Notes under the pieces: model-generated
Database searches by the model: none
Told to the model about the DNA's origin: nothing
What the model saw: only the letters and a program-made list of their open reading frames with translations
Shown here: in pieces, positions 23,940-32,936 of the stretch
Layout: every line of letters begins with the position of its first letter
Numbering within the stretch: position 1 is the stretch's first letter
Position numbers and translations under genes: made by a program
Source of the DNA: an uncultured cyanobacterium
Lineage (GTDB): Bacteria > Cyanobacteriota > Cyanobacteriia > Cyanobacteriales > CAWUOF01
DNA: 64,000 bases
NCBI GenBank assembly: GCA_963744145.1
Contig: CAVUSO010000001.1
Span: forward strand, 4,640,001 to 4,704,000
Direction: 5' to 3'

Positions 23940-23963
23940 CTTGTGTTGAGCGTAGTCGAAACA
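23940..23963 (-). repeat. 24-nt short dispersed repeat, in-frame (LVLSVVET)
   Basis: Reverse complement of 23440-23463 with one mismatch. Confidence 0.8.
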
Positions 23964-24205
23964 TGGTTAGGTTTTGCTCGGATAATCTTAGGGCAAGTTG
24001 CTGACACTCTATCAAAGCATATTCAAGAAATTTGTAACTATTTTGTCAGTAAAACAACTAGTGGGAAAAGGTCAGAAATTAGTAACAAGATTAAATTGAT
24101 TATTAGACAAAGCTATGGGTTCAAAAGGTTTGATTATTTACGAGAAAAACTATTAGCTTGCTTATTTTAATAAGTCGTACTTATCACCACAGATCCGGGA
24201 GAGCC

Positions 24206-24537
24206 AAATTACCTTCTTCGTAGGATTTTCAATAAACTGTCTTTTCCAGTTCTGACACTGATATTTCTGTTTTTTATTATGAATTCTACCATTTTTGACC
24301 ACATGACTAGAACCACAATTAGGACAACTAAGGTTTTCGTTTGACATCCTGTAATAAACCGAGAAATTTGCTTAGATTATTTTCAGATTAGCAGATTTTT
24401 CTCCAAATTAGGATGAGGAAATTCTATCTACTTAATCTAAATTAATAATTATTATTAATAGTCAGACTTATAATTAAGTAATAACAAGTAAATTTGAACA
24501 GGAAAAATTTGCTCATCACTACATTTTTGGCACTACC
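24206..24537 (-). mobile_element. IS1-family remnant (terminal repeat plus InsA zinc-ribbon fragment) cut at the ISL3 end
   Basis: CPNCGSSHVVKNG...QKYQCQ; minus-strand end ggtagtgccaaaaatgtagtgatg at 24537. Confidence 0.75.
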
Positions 24538-24546
24538 GAATTGTCT

Positions 24547-24589
24547 TTCTCCCCATTCCCTGGTAGGGAAGGGGGTTGGGGGGTTAGGT
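24547..24589. repeat. Cyanobacterial intergenic palindromic repeat
   Basis: ctccccattccctggtagggaagggggttgggggttagg. Confidence 0.6.
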
Positions 24590-24594
24590 CTGAT

Positions 24595-26076
24595 TTAGAA
24601 GGGAGGTTCTTTCAACTCTGAATCTTCTTCCCATTTAGCTGGAGATTCCGCAGCACGTTTATTATTATGCTTGGGAACATCATAGAGAGAAGGAGATTTT
24701 TGTGCTTTGGTTTCACCATGACGACGCATAGATGTACCTTCCTCAGCAGTATCTTCTGCGATTACTTCATATAATATCGCTTGTTTATTTTGCTCCGTTC
24801 CTTTCCGAAGCACTCTCCCTAAACGTTGAATATATTCCCGTTGAGAACCAGTTCCAGATAACAGAATTGCTACTCTTGCATCGGGTACGTCAACACCCTC
24901 ATTTAAAACATGGGATGCGACTAAGGTTTTATATTCACCGCTCCGAAAACGAGTTAAAACTTGGTGACGTTCTTTGATTGGTGTTTGATGGGTAATTGCA
25001 GGGATTAGAAATTCTTGAGAAATCCGATAAACAGTAGCATTGTCTGCGGTAAAAATGAGAATACGTTCGGGGTGATGTTGGGATAGTAAATCAGCTAATA
25101 TGCGAATTTTGCTGCTAGTTCCCTGGGAGATTTCTTTAGCTTGTCGATGTGCTAACATCGCTCTTCTTCCCGCAGACGATCGCGCACTTGCTTGTACAAA
25201 TAATTGCCAACCTTCCATTTTCCCCAAGGAAATATGAGCGGTTCGCAAAAATTCATTACGAGTTTTAATTAGTTGATTATAGAGTTCTCGTTCTTGCTGG
25301 GATAGTTTAACCTTAATTTGGACAATTTTATGATCAGCTAAAGCTGCTCCAGCTAATTCTTCCGCAGTTTTCCGATAAACTTCTGGACCAATTAAAACCT
25401 GCAAATCTAAATGTTTCTGATCGGAACGTTCTGGTGTTGCTGTTAATCCTAATCGATAGGGTGCGATCGCATATTCGGCAATGACTCGGTTAAAATCTGT
25501 AGGTAAGTGGTGACATTCATCAAAAATCACTAAAGCATAACGATTTCCCAGGGATTCAGCATGGATTGCTGCACTATCATAGGTCGCGACCAAAATTGCA
25601 GTGCGATCGCGAGAACCTCCTCCTAATAATCCTATTTCTGCATCAGGAAAAGCCGCAACTAAATGAGCATACCATTGGTGCATTAAATCTAATGTTGGTA
25701 CTACGACTAGGGTACTACGAGGAGTAGCTTCCATAGCTAATTGTGCTAAATAAGTCTTACCCGCAGCTGTCGGAAGAACTACTACACCTTGTCGTCCCGC
25801 TTGTTTCCAAGCAGTTAAAGCTTCTTGTTGATGAGGATAGGGAGTCATTACTAAACTCGGTACGAGTTCTAAAGGGACAAATCCCTTTGCTTCATCAATA
25901 AAATTACTTCCCTCTGCTTGGAGGGTTTCTACCAATCTGCGATAGTTGATTGCTTCAATCCGAAATTTTTCGACCCGATCGTCCCATGTCGCAAATTCCA
26001 CCCAAGATTTGCCCCTCGGTGGTGGATGTAATAGTAGTGTACCCCCATGAAATGTTAATGTTGGTGTGCGAGCCAT
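24595..26076 (-). CDS. XPB/Rad25-like superfamily II helicase
   Basis: PYPHQQEAL, LPTAAGKT, DECHH, GLTAT, NEGVDVP, QRLGRVLR. Confidence 0.9.
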   Translation of the reverse strand: MARTPTLTFHGGTLLLHPPPRGKSWVEFATWDDRVEKFRIEAINYRRLVETLQAEGSNFIDEAKGFVPLELVPSLVMTPYPHQQEALTAWKQAGRQGVVVLPTAAGKTYLAQLAMEATPRSTLVVVPTLDLMHQWYAHLVAAFPDAEIGLLGGGSRDRTAILVATYDSAAIHAESLGNRYALVIFDECHHLPTDFNRVIAEYAIAPYRLGLTATPERSDQKHLDLQVLIGPEVYRKTAEELAGAALADHKIVQIKVKLSQQERELYNQLIKTRNEFLRTAHISLGKMEGWQLFVQASARSSAGRRAMLAHRQAKEISQGTSSKIRILADLLSQHHPERILIFTADNATVYRISQEFLIPAITHQTPIKERHQVLTRFRSGEYKTLVASHVLNEGVDVPDARVAILLSGTGSQREYIQRLGRVLRKGTEQNKQAILYEVIAEDTAEEGTSMRRHGETKAQKSPSLYDVPKHNNKRAAESPAKWEEDSELKEPPF

Positions 26077-26106
26077 CTGTTTAGTATAGCTGGAAACCAG
26101 ATCATA

Positions 26107-27342
26107 TTAATAGCGCGATCGCCACCTCCACCACAATCGACCACCAAAATAGCCGCAGATAATTCCCATTATTATACTTATTATTAATGATAATCCAAAA
26201 TTAAAAACTGCATTACTAGGGATCATAATTTCCTTACCTTCCTCAAGTTTTTTAGCAGGAAATGGTGTGATTACTTCAATTAAAGGACTAATCACCGAAG
26301 CGGTTGCTGAAGTAACACCGATCGCAATGCCAAAGGTGGCAATTTCTAATTGTAAATCGCGATCGCTCTGGATTTGCTTACTAGCTACCATTGCGCGTAA
26401 ATTATCAATCCAGGTATTCCACACTTTTACTCTCGATGTCAGAACATCAATGTCTTTTTCTACCTGGATTTGATATTTTTCTTGAGCAATTTGACTAAAA
26501 TCGTTTAGACAAATTAGTTCAGTATTTAGCTGTTCTTCGTTTCGAGCTTTAATTTCGATGCTATTTAAACGTTCTTTATAGTTGAATAAATTTATTTTAA
26601 TCGTCTGCTGTTGGATTTCTAAGTAAGTTTGATCAGCAATAAATTTAGATAAAGTTTGGAGATTTTGACTTAGTTCTATTTTGAGATTCTCTAAATTTTT
26701 ATCAATATGATGATTTACTGATAGGGTTTGACTACTAGATGGGAAAAAATTAGCTGGTAAATTGAGTTGTAAAGTGTTACTATAAGCCCAGAGGATTTTA
26801 TTGCGGTAATAAAATAAGTTAACCCAATCTTCATAGAATTTATTAATTTTTTCTAAGGTAGTTTGATTAGGGAAAATTATAATTACAATTCGACTATTTT
26901 TTTCGGTAGTTAAGTCTTGCCAATTTTGGGTAGGTTGCCAAATTTCAAAAATCTTTCCCCCCATAAATTCCCCTGGTGTGGGGTTTTGGGGACATTTTTC
27001 TCCAGAAAATGATTCGTAGATGTTTTTAGCTAGGATGGTAGTATCTTTTGGCTCAATATTTTCTGGTAAATATCCTATTAACATCCAAGTTTTTGTCAGC
27101 TCTGTGGTTGGATGAAATTTTGAGTTTATGTTTTTTTGAAAGTCTCGAAAACAGCTAATTGGTTGAGGAGTTGCTGATTCTGAAGATGCGATCGAATAGC
27201 AATATAAATCAGCTTTGACATCAGATAATGGCAATTGTATCCAAAAATAGGTTTCTCCTTTTTGTGGATGGTTATCTAGGTTTGGTTGGTGGTTAAAGTG
27301 ATAGGTAAATAAAAATAGATGGGGATATTTTAATTCATTCAT
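26107..27342 (-). CDS. Hypothetical protein: globular N-terminus, coiled coil, two C-terminal TM helices (TPR-CHAT-associated)
   Basis: 411 aa; IATFGIAIGVTSATASVI and FGLSLIISIIMGIICGYFG helices; basic WWRWRSRY tail. Confidence 0.8.
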   Translation of the reverse strand: MNELKYPHLFLFTYHFNHQPNLDNHPQKGETYFWIQLPLSDVKADLYCYSIASSESATPQPISCFRDFQKNINSKFHPTTELTKTWMLIGYLPENIEPKDTTILAKNIYESFSGEKCPQNPTPGEFMGGKIFEIWQPTQNWQDLTTEKNSRIVIIIFPNQTTLEKINKFYEDWVNLFYYRNKILWAYSNTLQLNLPANFFPSSSQTLSVNHHIDKNLENLKIELSQNLQTLSKFIADQTYLEIQQQTIKINLFNYKERLNSIEIKARNEEQLNTELICLNDFSQIAQEKYQIQVEKDIDVLTSRVKVWNTWIDNLRAMVASKQIQSDRDLQLEIATFGIAIGVTSATASVISPLIEVITPFPAKKLEEGKEIMIPSNAVFNFGLSLIISIIMGIICGYFGGRLWWRWRSRY

Positions 27343-27499
27343 TAGTTATACCGATTGATCTGATGTGTTTGTTATTTTTCATTGCTGTGGAGTGAATGAT
27401 GAGAGTGTTTTGTGTTCTGGTTTAATTGATAGTTAACGGATTGATCCCCCAGAGCCAACCTTAATAAGGGCTAGGGAGGATCTAAATCTTCAGACTCTA

Positions 27500-27985
27500 C
27501 TATACTATATGTATAGGGACAATCTCATATAGCACTTCAGATATTTTTTTCACCATCTTTTCGGCACTTATTTTCAATGTATCAGTTGACTTAAGCATTT
27601 TGAGCAATTCATCTACCTCTTTCGTAAATAATTCATCTACCTCTTTCTTAAATTCCTCTAACGAATCCCTTGACAAATCAGAATTTCTGATCTCCTTATT
27701 CTCACGTTCAGGTAATCGTTCACCTTCATCTAGAGGCACCACACACTTATTACGCGGCTGTTGGTGCTTCATTAACTTATCATAATAAGCCTGAAATACA
27801 TCATTTAAAGATTTATCCTGATAGATAATCTGACTAAGTTCCTCCATCGCTGAAGAAAAATCCTCTTCAATTCGGGAACTGAGTTGTTTAATTTCACTTT
27901 CTACCTTACTATCAAGAGCATCTACATGATATAGCGTCGCCAAAAAAGCCCGAAAAATCAATTCATCTTCTAAAGTGTAATTCAT
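27500..27985 (-). CDS. Small acidic helical protein downstream of TPR-CHAT
   Basis: 161-aa ORF starting 29 bp after the CHAT gene stop. Confidence 0.8.
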   Translation of the reverse strand: MNYTLEDELIFRAFLATLYHVDALDSKVESEIKQLSSRIEEDFSSAMEELSQIIYQDKSLNDVFQAYYDKLMKHQQPRNKCVVPLDEGERLPERENKEIRNSDLSRDSLEEFKKEVDELFTKEVDELLKMLKSTDTLKISAEKMVKKISEVLYEIVPIHIV

Positions 27986-28014
27986 AAAACAATTGGGTAA
28001 TAAATTTCATCCTC

Positions 28015-31000
28015 CTATTCCTCATTACTAGCTTCATAACCAGTAATGGTAAAACCTGCCCAATAATAGGGATCTGCATAGGTCTTGATTTCCATTATAT
28101 CAGGTCTTTGGCGGATTTGGTTGCAGCTACTTTGCAGTGCTCGCCAACATTTTGACCCTTCCGGGATAGTTGTCATCAATTGTTCATACCATTCGATGAG
28201 ATTGCTTTTGGTGACTGTCCTGAGCCAATTTTGCGCTTGTTTTAGAGCAACGGGTGGTGCATGATCTGGGAGATTTTCGTAAAATTTTATCATCAGATTA
28301 GCTGTGGCAATGTCCTCTACTTCCCATAGGGTACTCACCACATATTTCGCCCCTTTAGCTAAAAACCCACTCCCTAAACCGACGTATTCGTTGATTAAAT
28401 CTTGGGAACTGGTTAAACCAGTTTCGCACGCGGACAGACAAATGAGATTATATCTGTGAAAATCTAGTTCAAAGATGTCGGTGAGGGTGAGTAATTCTTT
28501 CTGAGTTAATTGTAATCCTGAGTCTTCGGGATTGTCGAAATTATGAATCCCATGTCCGGTAAAATGGAAGATATCCCTACCTTGTTGGAGCGCCACTATT
28601 ACTCTATTTTTATCAGCACTTTGTTGGTTGAGCAACTGATGGGTTTGGGGGTATTTGTTGATAATTAGATCGGATTCAGTAGCAGAATAAACCATAGTCC
28701 CACTGGGATCTTTCACCATCAATAGGTTAGTAGGTGTGCTGTTTTCCCTGGGGAATCTTCGGCTCATTTTGATGGTAGGTAGGTAAGTGATGGTAAAGTT
28801 TTGCTCCCAAAACAGATAATGGAGGGGTAGGAGATGGAAGTCACGATGGGGACTCAGGATCAGGTGGGTGATTCCAGTCAGATATTGCTGGCAAATTGTT
28901 TCTATATTGAGGATTTCCTTGAGGTTATTTAAACTGGTTTCTAGGTGTTTTTGCCAATCTTTGAGACTAGGGTTTTGAGCATCTTTGTGCTTATTTTTTC
29001 GGGAATTTTGATATTCGCTTTTCCATGTTTTCAACCATTCTTCTAGGGAGGACAGATGTTCCTTTCGATCCAATGTGAAGGGATAGATGTCTGTGGTAAT
29101 AACTTGGGGATCTCCTGAGTGTCTAATGATAAAGGTGGTGAGGGAAAATGGGCTTAGGTGCCAATAAATTATCGCTGTTTGGGGCTGATTTGTCAGTAAT
29201 CCTTGGATCTGGGCAAAAGTAGGGCTATCGATTTGGTCGGGATTTTGCCAACCTGTTTCCATCCATTTGAGAGATTGGTTTTTCCGTCTTTCCGCTGTTT
29301 CTAGAGCAAGGATTTGCTGTCCAGACTGAACTAATTGCTCAATCTTAAATTGGGAAAATGCGCTAAATTTGCGGTTGAATCGTAGTTTTATTTCTGCTGG
29401 AGTGTCATGATCTAACCTTAAATTCTCTAGTAGGTTAGTACCTTGATCAAGATATTCATCAGCTTGACTATCTCCTAAAGCGCGACAGACAATGATTAAT
29501 GCTTGTAAGACTTCTAGATAAGTCTCAGTAATTATATAATTCTTAGCAATAAGGGCAGATTTTAGGAATTCGCAGGCTTGTTCATAGCTAGCTTTGGCTT
29601 TACAGAAATATACTGACTGAAAATTTGTTCTTTTACCATATTTGTAATGTGCCTCGCCTTTTTGCTGATGCAATGTACCACAAGCTAGACGATAGTCAGG
29701 GTTACTTTCCTGATATTTCTTTAAGCCTTCATCCCAGTTTTTAATAGCTTCTTCGTAGCGATCGGAATCAAAAAACGCCAAACCTCGATTATTCCAAGAT
29801 TGCCAATCTTGATCTTTGGCAATATATAAGGCGCGGTCATAAGCGGCGATCGCCTCCTTGTATCTCCCTAAATGATAGAGGACAATGCCCCGTCCGCCAT
29901 GGGGAGCAGCGTAGTTGGGGTCTAGGGCGATGGCGCGGTCATAAGCCTCGATCGCCTCGTTATATCTCCCTAACTCACTGAGGACATTGCCCCGTCCGTG
30001 ATGGGAAGCGGTGATGTTGGGGTCTAGGGCGATGGCGCGGTCATAAGCCTCGATCGCCTCGTTATATCTCCCTAAATTAGCGAGGACATTGCCCCGTCCG
30101 TGATGGGAAGCGGCGTCGTTGGGGTCTAGGGCGATGGCGCGGTCATAAGCCTCGATCGCCTCGTTATATCTCCCTAACTCACTGAGGACATTGCCCCGTC
30201 CGTGATGGGAAGCGGCGTCGTTGGGGTCTAGGGCGATGGCGCGGTCAAAAGCCTCGATCGCCTCGTTATATCTCCCTAAATTAGCGAGGACATTGCCCCG
30301 TGCCGTATGGGGACGGGCGATGTTTGGGTCTAGGGCGATGGCGCGGTCATAAGCCTCGATCGCCTCGTTATATCTCCCTAACTCACTGAGGACATTGCCC
30401 CGTGCCCTATGGGGAGGGGCGATGTTGGGGTCTAGGGCGATAGCGCGGTCAAAAGCCTCGATCGCCTCGTTATATCTCCCTAAATTAGCGAGGACATTGC
30501 CCCGTGCCGTATGGGGACGGGCGATGTTTGGGTCTAGGGCGATGGCGCGGTCATAAGCCTCGATCGCCTCGTTATATCTCCCTAACTCACTGAGGACAGT
30601 GCCCCGTCCGTGATGGAAAGGGGCGATGTTGGGGTCTAGGGCGATGGCGCGGTCATAAGCCTCGATCGCCTCGTTATATCTCCCTAACTTACTGAGGACA
30701 GTGCCCCGTCCGTGATGGGGAGGGGCGATGTTGGGGTCTAGGGCGATGGCGCGGTCAAAAGCCTCGATCGCCTCGTTATATCTCCCTAACTCACTGAGGA
30801 CATTGCCCCGTCCGTGATGGGAAGCGGTGAAGTTGGGGTCTAGGGCGATGGCGCGGTCAAAAGCCTCGATCGCTCCTTTTAAATCCCCTGCATAGTAACG
30901 AGCTACCCCTTGATTATATAAATCTTTTGGATCTTCTCCTTCGTTCTTAGGTTTCCTTGCCAACAATTCTCGCCCAATCTTTCCCGCTATCTTCGATATT

Positions 31001-31344
31001 TTCTCGTAATTTGCCTCACTCAACAGTAACAGTCGCTCACCTAATTCTAAATTCAATTCAGGGGATGCAAGAACGCGATCGCCAAATTCTTGCAGCCATT
31101 TGTCCCAATCTATATTCTGATTTTTGATCAAAAACACTTTGAGCTGGACACGAATACCATCCAATTTCACACTTTGGAGGAATGGCAAAAATATCTGTTC
31201 GCACTCACTAAAAGAAGGTTCTGGATCTGGAGGTGGAGGTGTCTGGGGTGGTGGGGATTTGAGGAAAAGTTGCTTGACTCGCTGCCACAGTTGGCACAGT
31301 TTTTGCCAGATGCGTTGGAACATAGGAGAATCTGGTGAACTCAT
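28015..31344 (-). CDS. TPR-repeat plus CHAT (caspase-like) protease
   Basis: 34-aa TPR array; CHAT motifs LLPLH, HFTGHG, LSACETG, STLWEV, PYYWAGF. Confidence 0.93.
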   Translation of the reverse strand: MSSPDSPMFQRIWQKLCQLWQRVKQLFLKSPPPQTPPPPDPEPSFSECEQIFLPFLQSVKLDGIRVQLKVFLIKNQNIDWDKWLQEFGDRVLASPELNLELGERLLLLSEANYEKISKIAGKIGRELLARKPKNEGEDPKDLYNQGVARYYAGDLKGAIEAFDRAIALDPNFTASHHGRGNVLSELGRYNEAIEAFDRAIALDPNIAPPHHGRGTVLSKLGRYNEAIEAYDRAIALDPNIAPFHHGRGTVLSELGRYNEAIEAYDRAIALDPNIARPHTARGNVLANLGRYNEAIEAFDRAIALDPNIAPPHRARGNVLSELGRYNEAIEAYDRAIALDPNIARPHTARGNVLANLGRYNEAIEAFDRAIALDPNDAASHHGRGNVLSELGRYNEAIEAYDRAIALDPNDAASHHGRGNVLANLGRYNEAIEAYDRAIALDPNITASHHGRGNVLSELGRYNEAIEAYDRAIALDPNYAAPHGGRGIVLYHLGRYKEAIAAYDRALYIAKDQDWQSWNNRGLAFFDSDRYEEAIKNWDEGLKKYQESNPDYRLACGTLHQQKGEAHYKYGKRTNFQSVYFCKAKASYEQACEFLKSALIAKNYIITETYLEVLQALIIVCRALGDSQADEYLDQGTNLLENLRLDHDTPAEIKLRFNRKFSAFSQFKIEQLVQSGQQILALETAERRKNQSLKWMETGWQNPDQIDSPTFAQIQGLLTNQPQTAIIYWHLSPFSLTTFIIRHSGDPQVITTDIYPFTLDRKEHLSSLEEWLKTWKSEYQNSRKNKHKDAQNPSLKDWQKHLETSLNNLKEILNIETICQQYLTGITHLILSPHRDFHLLPLHYLFWEQNFTITYLPTIKMSRRFPRENSTPTNLLMVKDPSGTMVYSATESDLIINKYPQTHQLLNQQSADKNRVIVALQQGRDIFHFTGHGIHNFDNPEDSGLQLTQKELLTLTDIFELDFHRYNLICLSACETGLTSSQDLINEYVGLGSGFLAKGAKYVVSTLWEVEDIATANLMIKFYENLPDHAPPVALKQAQNWLRTVTKSNLIEWYEQLMTTIPEGSKCWRALQSSCNQIRQRPDIMEIKTYADPYYWAGFTITGYEASNEE
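29831..30873 (-). repeat. Ten 102-bp near-identical tandem repeats plus a partial copy (TPR array)
   Basis: gcgcggtc recurs every 102 bp from 29831 to 30851. Confidence 0.95.
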
Positions 31345-31385
31345 AAGAAAATATTAACAGAATTTTGTCCGGATTGGTAGGATTT

Positions 31386-31444
31386 GTAGGGGCGAGTTCA
31401 CCGATCAATTTTGTGACCAATCGATCACTATCATAACCCCGCCC
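31386..31444. repeat. GTAG REP-like element
   Basis: gtaggggcgagttcacc...aaccccgccc; similar to 59654-59712. Confidence 0.65.
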
Positions 31445-31490
31445 AACCAACACAGATCACTCACAATTAACATTAAATTACAAATTTATC

Positions 31491-31514
31491 GGACAGGCAA
31501 GATGCCTGTCCCAC
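31491..31514. repeat. REP-like palindrome ggacaggcaagatgcctgtcccac
   Basis: Also present twice at 50557-50621 and as the seed of the 46361 tandem repeat. Confidence 0.75.
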
Positions 31515-31756
31515 ACAATCTTACTGTACTTTATCAACAAGGAATGTGTTGTATTGACGGGATGATGGAGCGAGTTTCTAATATTGATTAGAGTAATTAA
31601 GGATTATTTGCGATCGCTTGATTCCAACTAGATATGGCTGAGAAATCGTCATAATTTAGTAGTCTTGACTGGCGATAAAATTCATGTTCTGATAAACTAA
31701 TATATGAGCGGAAAACCTGAATCTAACTATCAAATTGCTATCCCAGGAGAACCCAG

Positions 31757-32696
31757 ATGAGATTTATTAGTCCCAAAATTGATTATGCCTTTAAAAAAAT
31801 CTTCGGTTCGAGCCAAAGTGAACAAATTTTAATTAGTTTTCTGAATGCAATTATGTATAATGGGGAGAAAATCATTGAATCCCTCAATATTGTCAATCCC
31901 TATAATCCGGGTCAAGTGGTCAGTTTAAAGGAGTCTTATTTAGATGTAAAAGCGGTCTTAACCGATGGTTCAATAATTCTGATCGAAATGCAAATAGCTC
32001 GGGTGAGTGCCTTCAGTAAAAGAGTAATTTACAATGTGGGAAAAGCTTATACAAATCAATTAGGAATCGGGGAATATTATCCGGGTTTAACACCAGTAAT
32101 TGGAGTGACAATCACCGATTTTATAATGTTTCCTCAGACCCCAGAAGTCATCACTCAATTTGGGTTAGTGGAGCAGACCAAAAAATTTCCCTATCCCGAC
32201 CAAGAATTACAGTTCATTTTTGTGGAATTACCAAAATTTCAGAAACAACTATCAGAATTAGCTAACTTGAGGGAACAATGGATATATTTTCTGAAAGAAG
32301 CAGCAAGATTAGAGACAATTCCCCAGGAATTAGGTCAGGTAAGTGAAATCGAACTAGCTTTAAATATAGCGAATCAAGCCAATATGACTGTAGAGGAATT
32401 AGAAATAGTAGATAGAAGAGGAATGTTGTTACAAGATGAAAAAGGACGTTCTGACTTATGCTAGGGAAGAAGGTCGTGCTGAAGGTTTTACTGAAGGTCG
32501 TGCTGAAGGTCAAAGGTTGGGTGAACAACAATTGTTACTTCGTCAATTGCACAAGCGTTTTGGTGAATTACCAACTTCTATAACTCAACCAATTGAAAAC
32601 CTATCTATTTCCGATTTAATTAATTTAGGAGAAAATATTTTCGATTTCGATAGTCTCAGAGATTTGCAAGAATGGTTGGAACTTAGAGAAAACTAA
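31757..32696 (+). pseudogene. Rpn family PD-(D/E)XK nuclease copy 1, +1 frameshift near 32450
   Basis: aaaggacgttctgac versus aaaggwcgtctgac in the other four copies. Confidence 0.85.
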
Positions 32697-32936
32697 CAGA
32701 AATGTTCCTCTCGCTCCAAACCCAATCGGAATATCGACCGGGTGATGGAGCGAGTTTCTAATATTGATTAGAGTAATTAAGGATTATTCGCGATCGATTT
32801 AGCCAAACTAGATATTGCTGAGAAATCGTCATAATTTAGTAGTCTTGACTGGCGATAAAATTCATGTTCTGATAAACTAATATATGAGCAGAAAACCTGA
32901 ATCTAACTATCAAATTGCTATCCCAGGAGAACCCAG

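Larger units (their letters stand above)
22892..24205 (+). mobile_element. Decayed ISL3-family IS (transposase pseudogene ~22953-24170)
   Basis: Imperfect TIRs ggctctttcgg / ccgggagagcc; VRDLSICG, DMWGGF, IDRFHVM, NKIKLIIRQSYGF motifs; several stops and frameshifts. Confidence 0.9.

Noticed and set aside
29831..30873. Complete diversity-generating retroelement
   Set aside because: No reverse transcriptase or template repeat in the window; kept only as a hypothesis
31584..31652. Antisense ~24-aa ORF in the Rpn intergenic unit (MTISQ.YLV...)
   Set aside because: Start codon lost and a stop gained in the unit before copy 3; no evidence of selection
32690..32770. Integron attC sites separating the Rpn units (gene ends in ...CTAAC followed by a hairpin)
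   Set aside because: No matching GTTRRRY box, all cassettes carry the same gene, and no integrase is present
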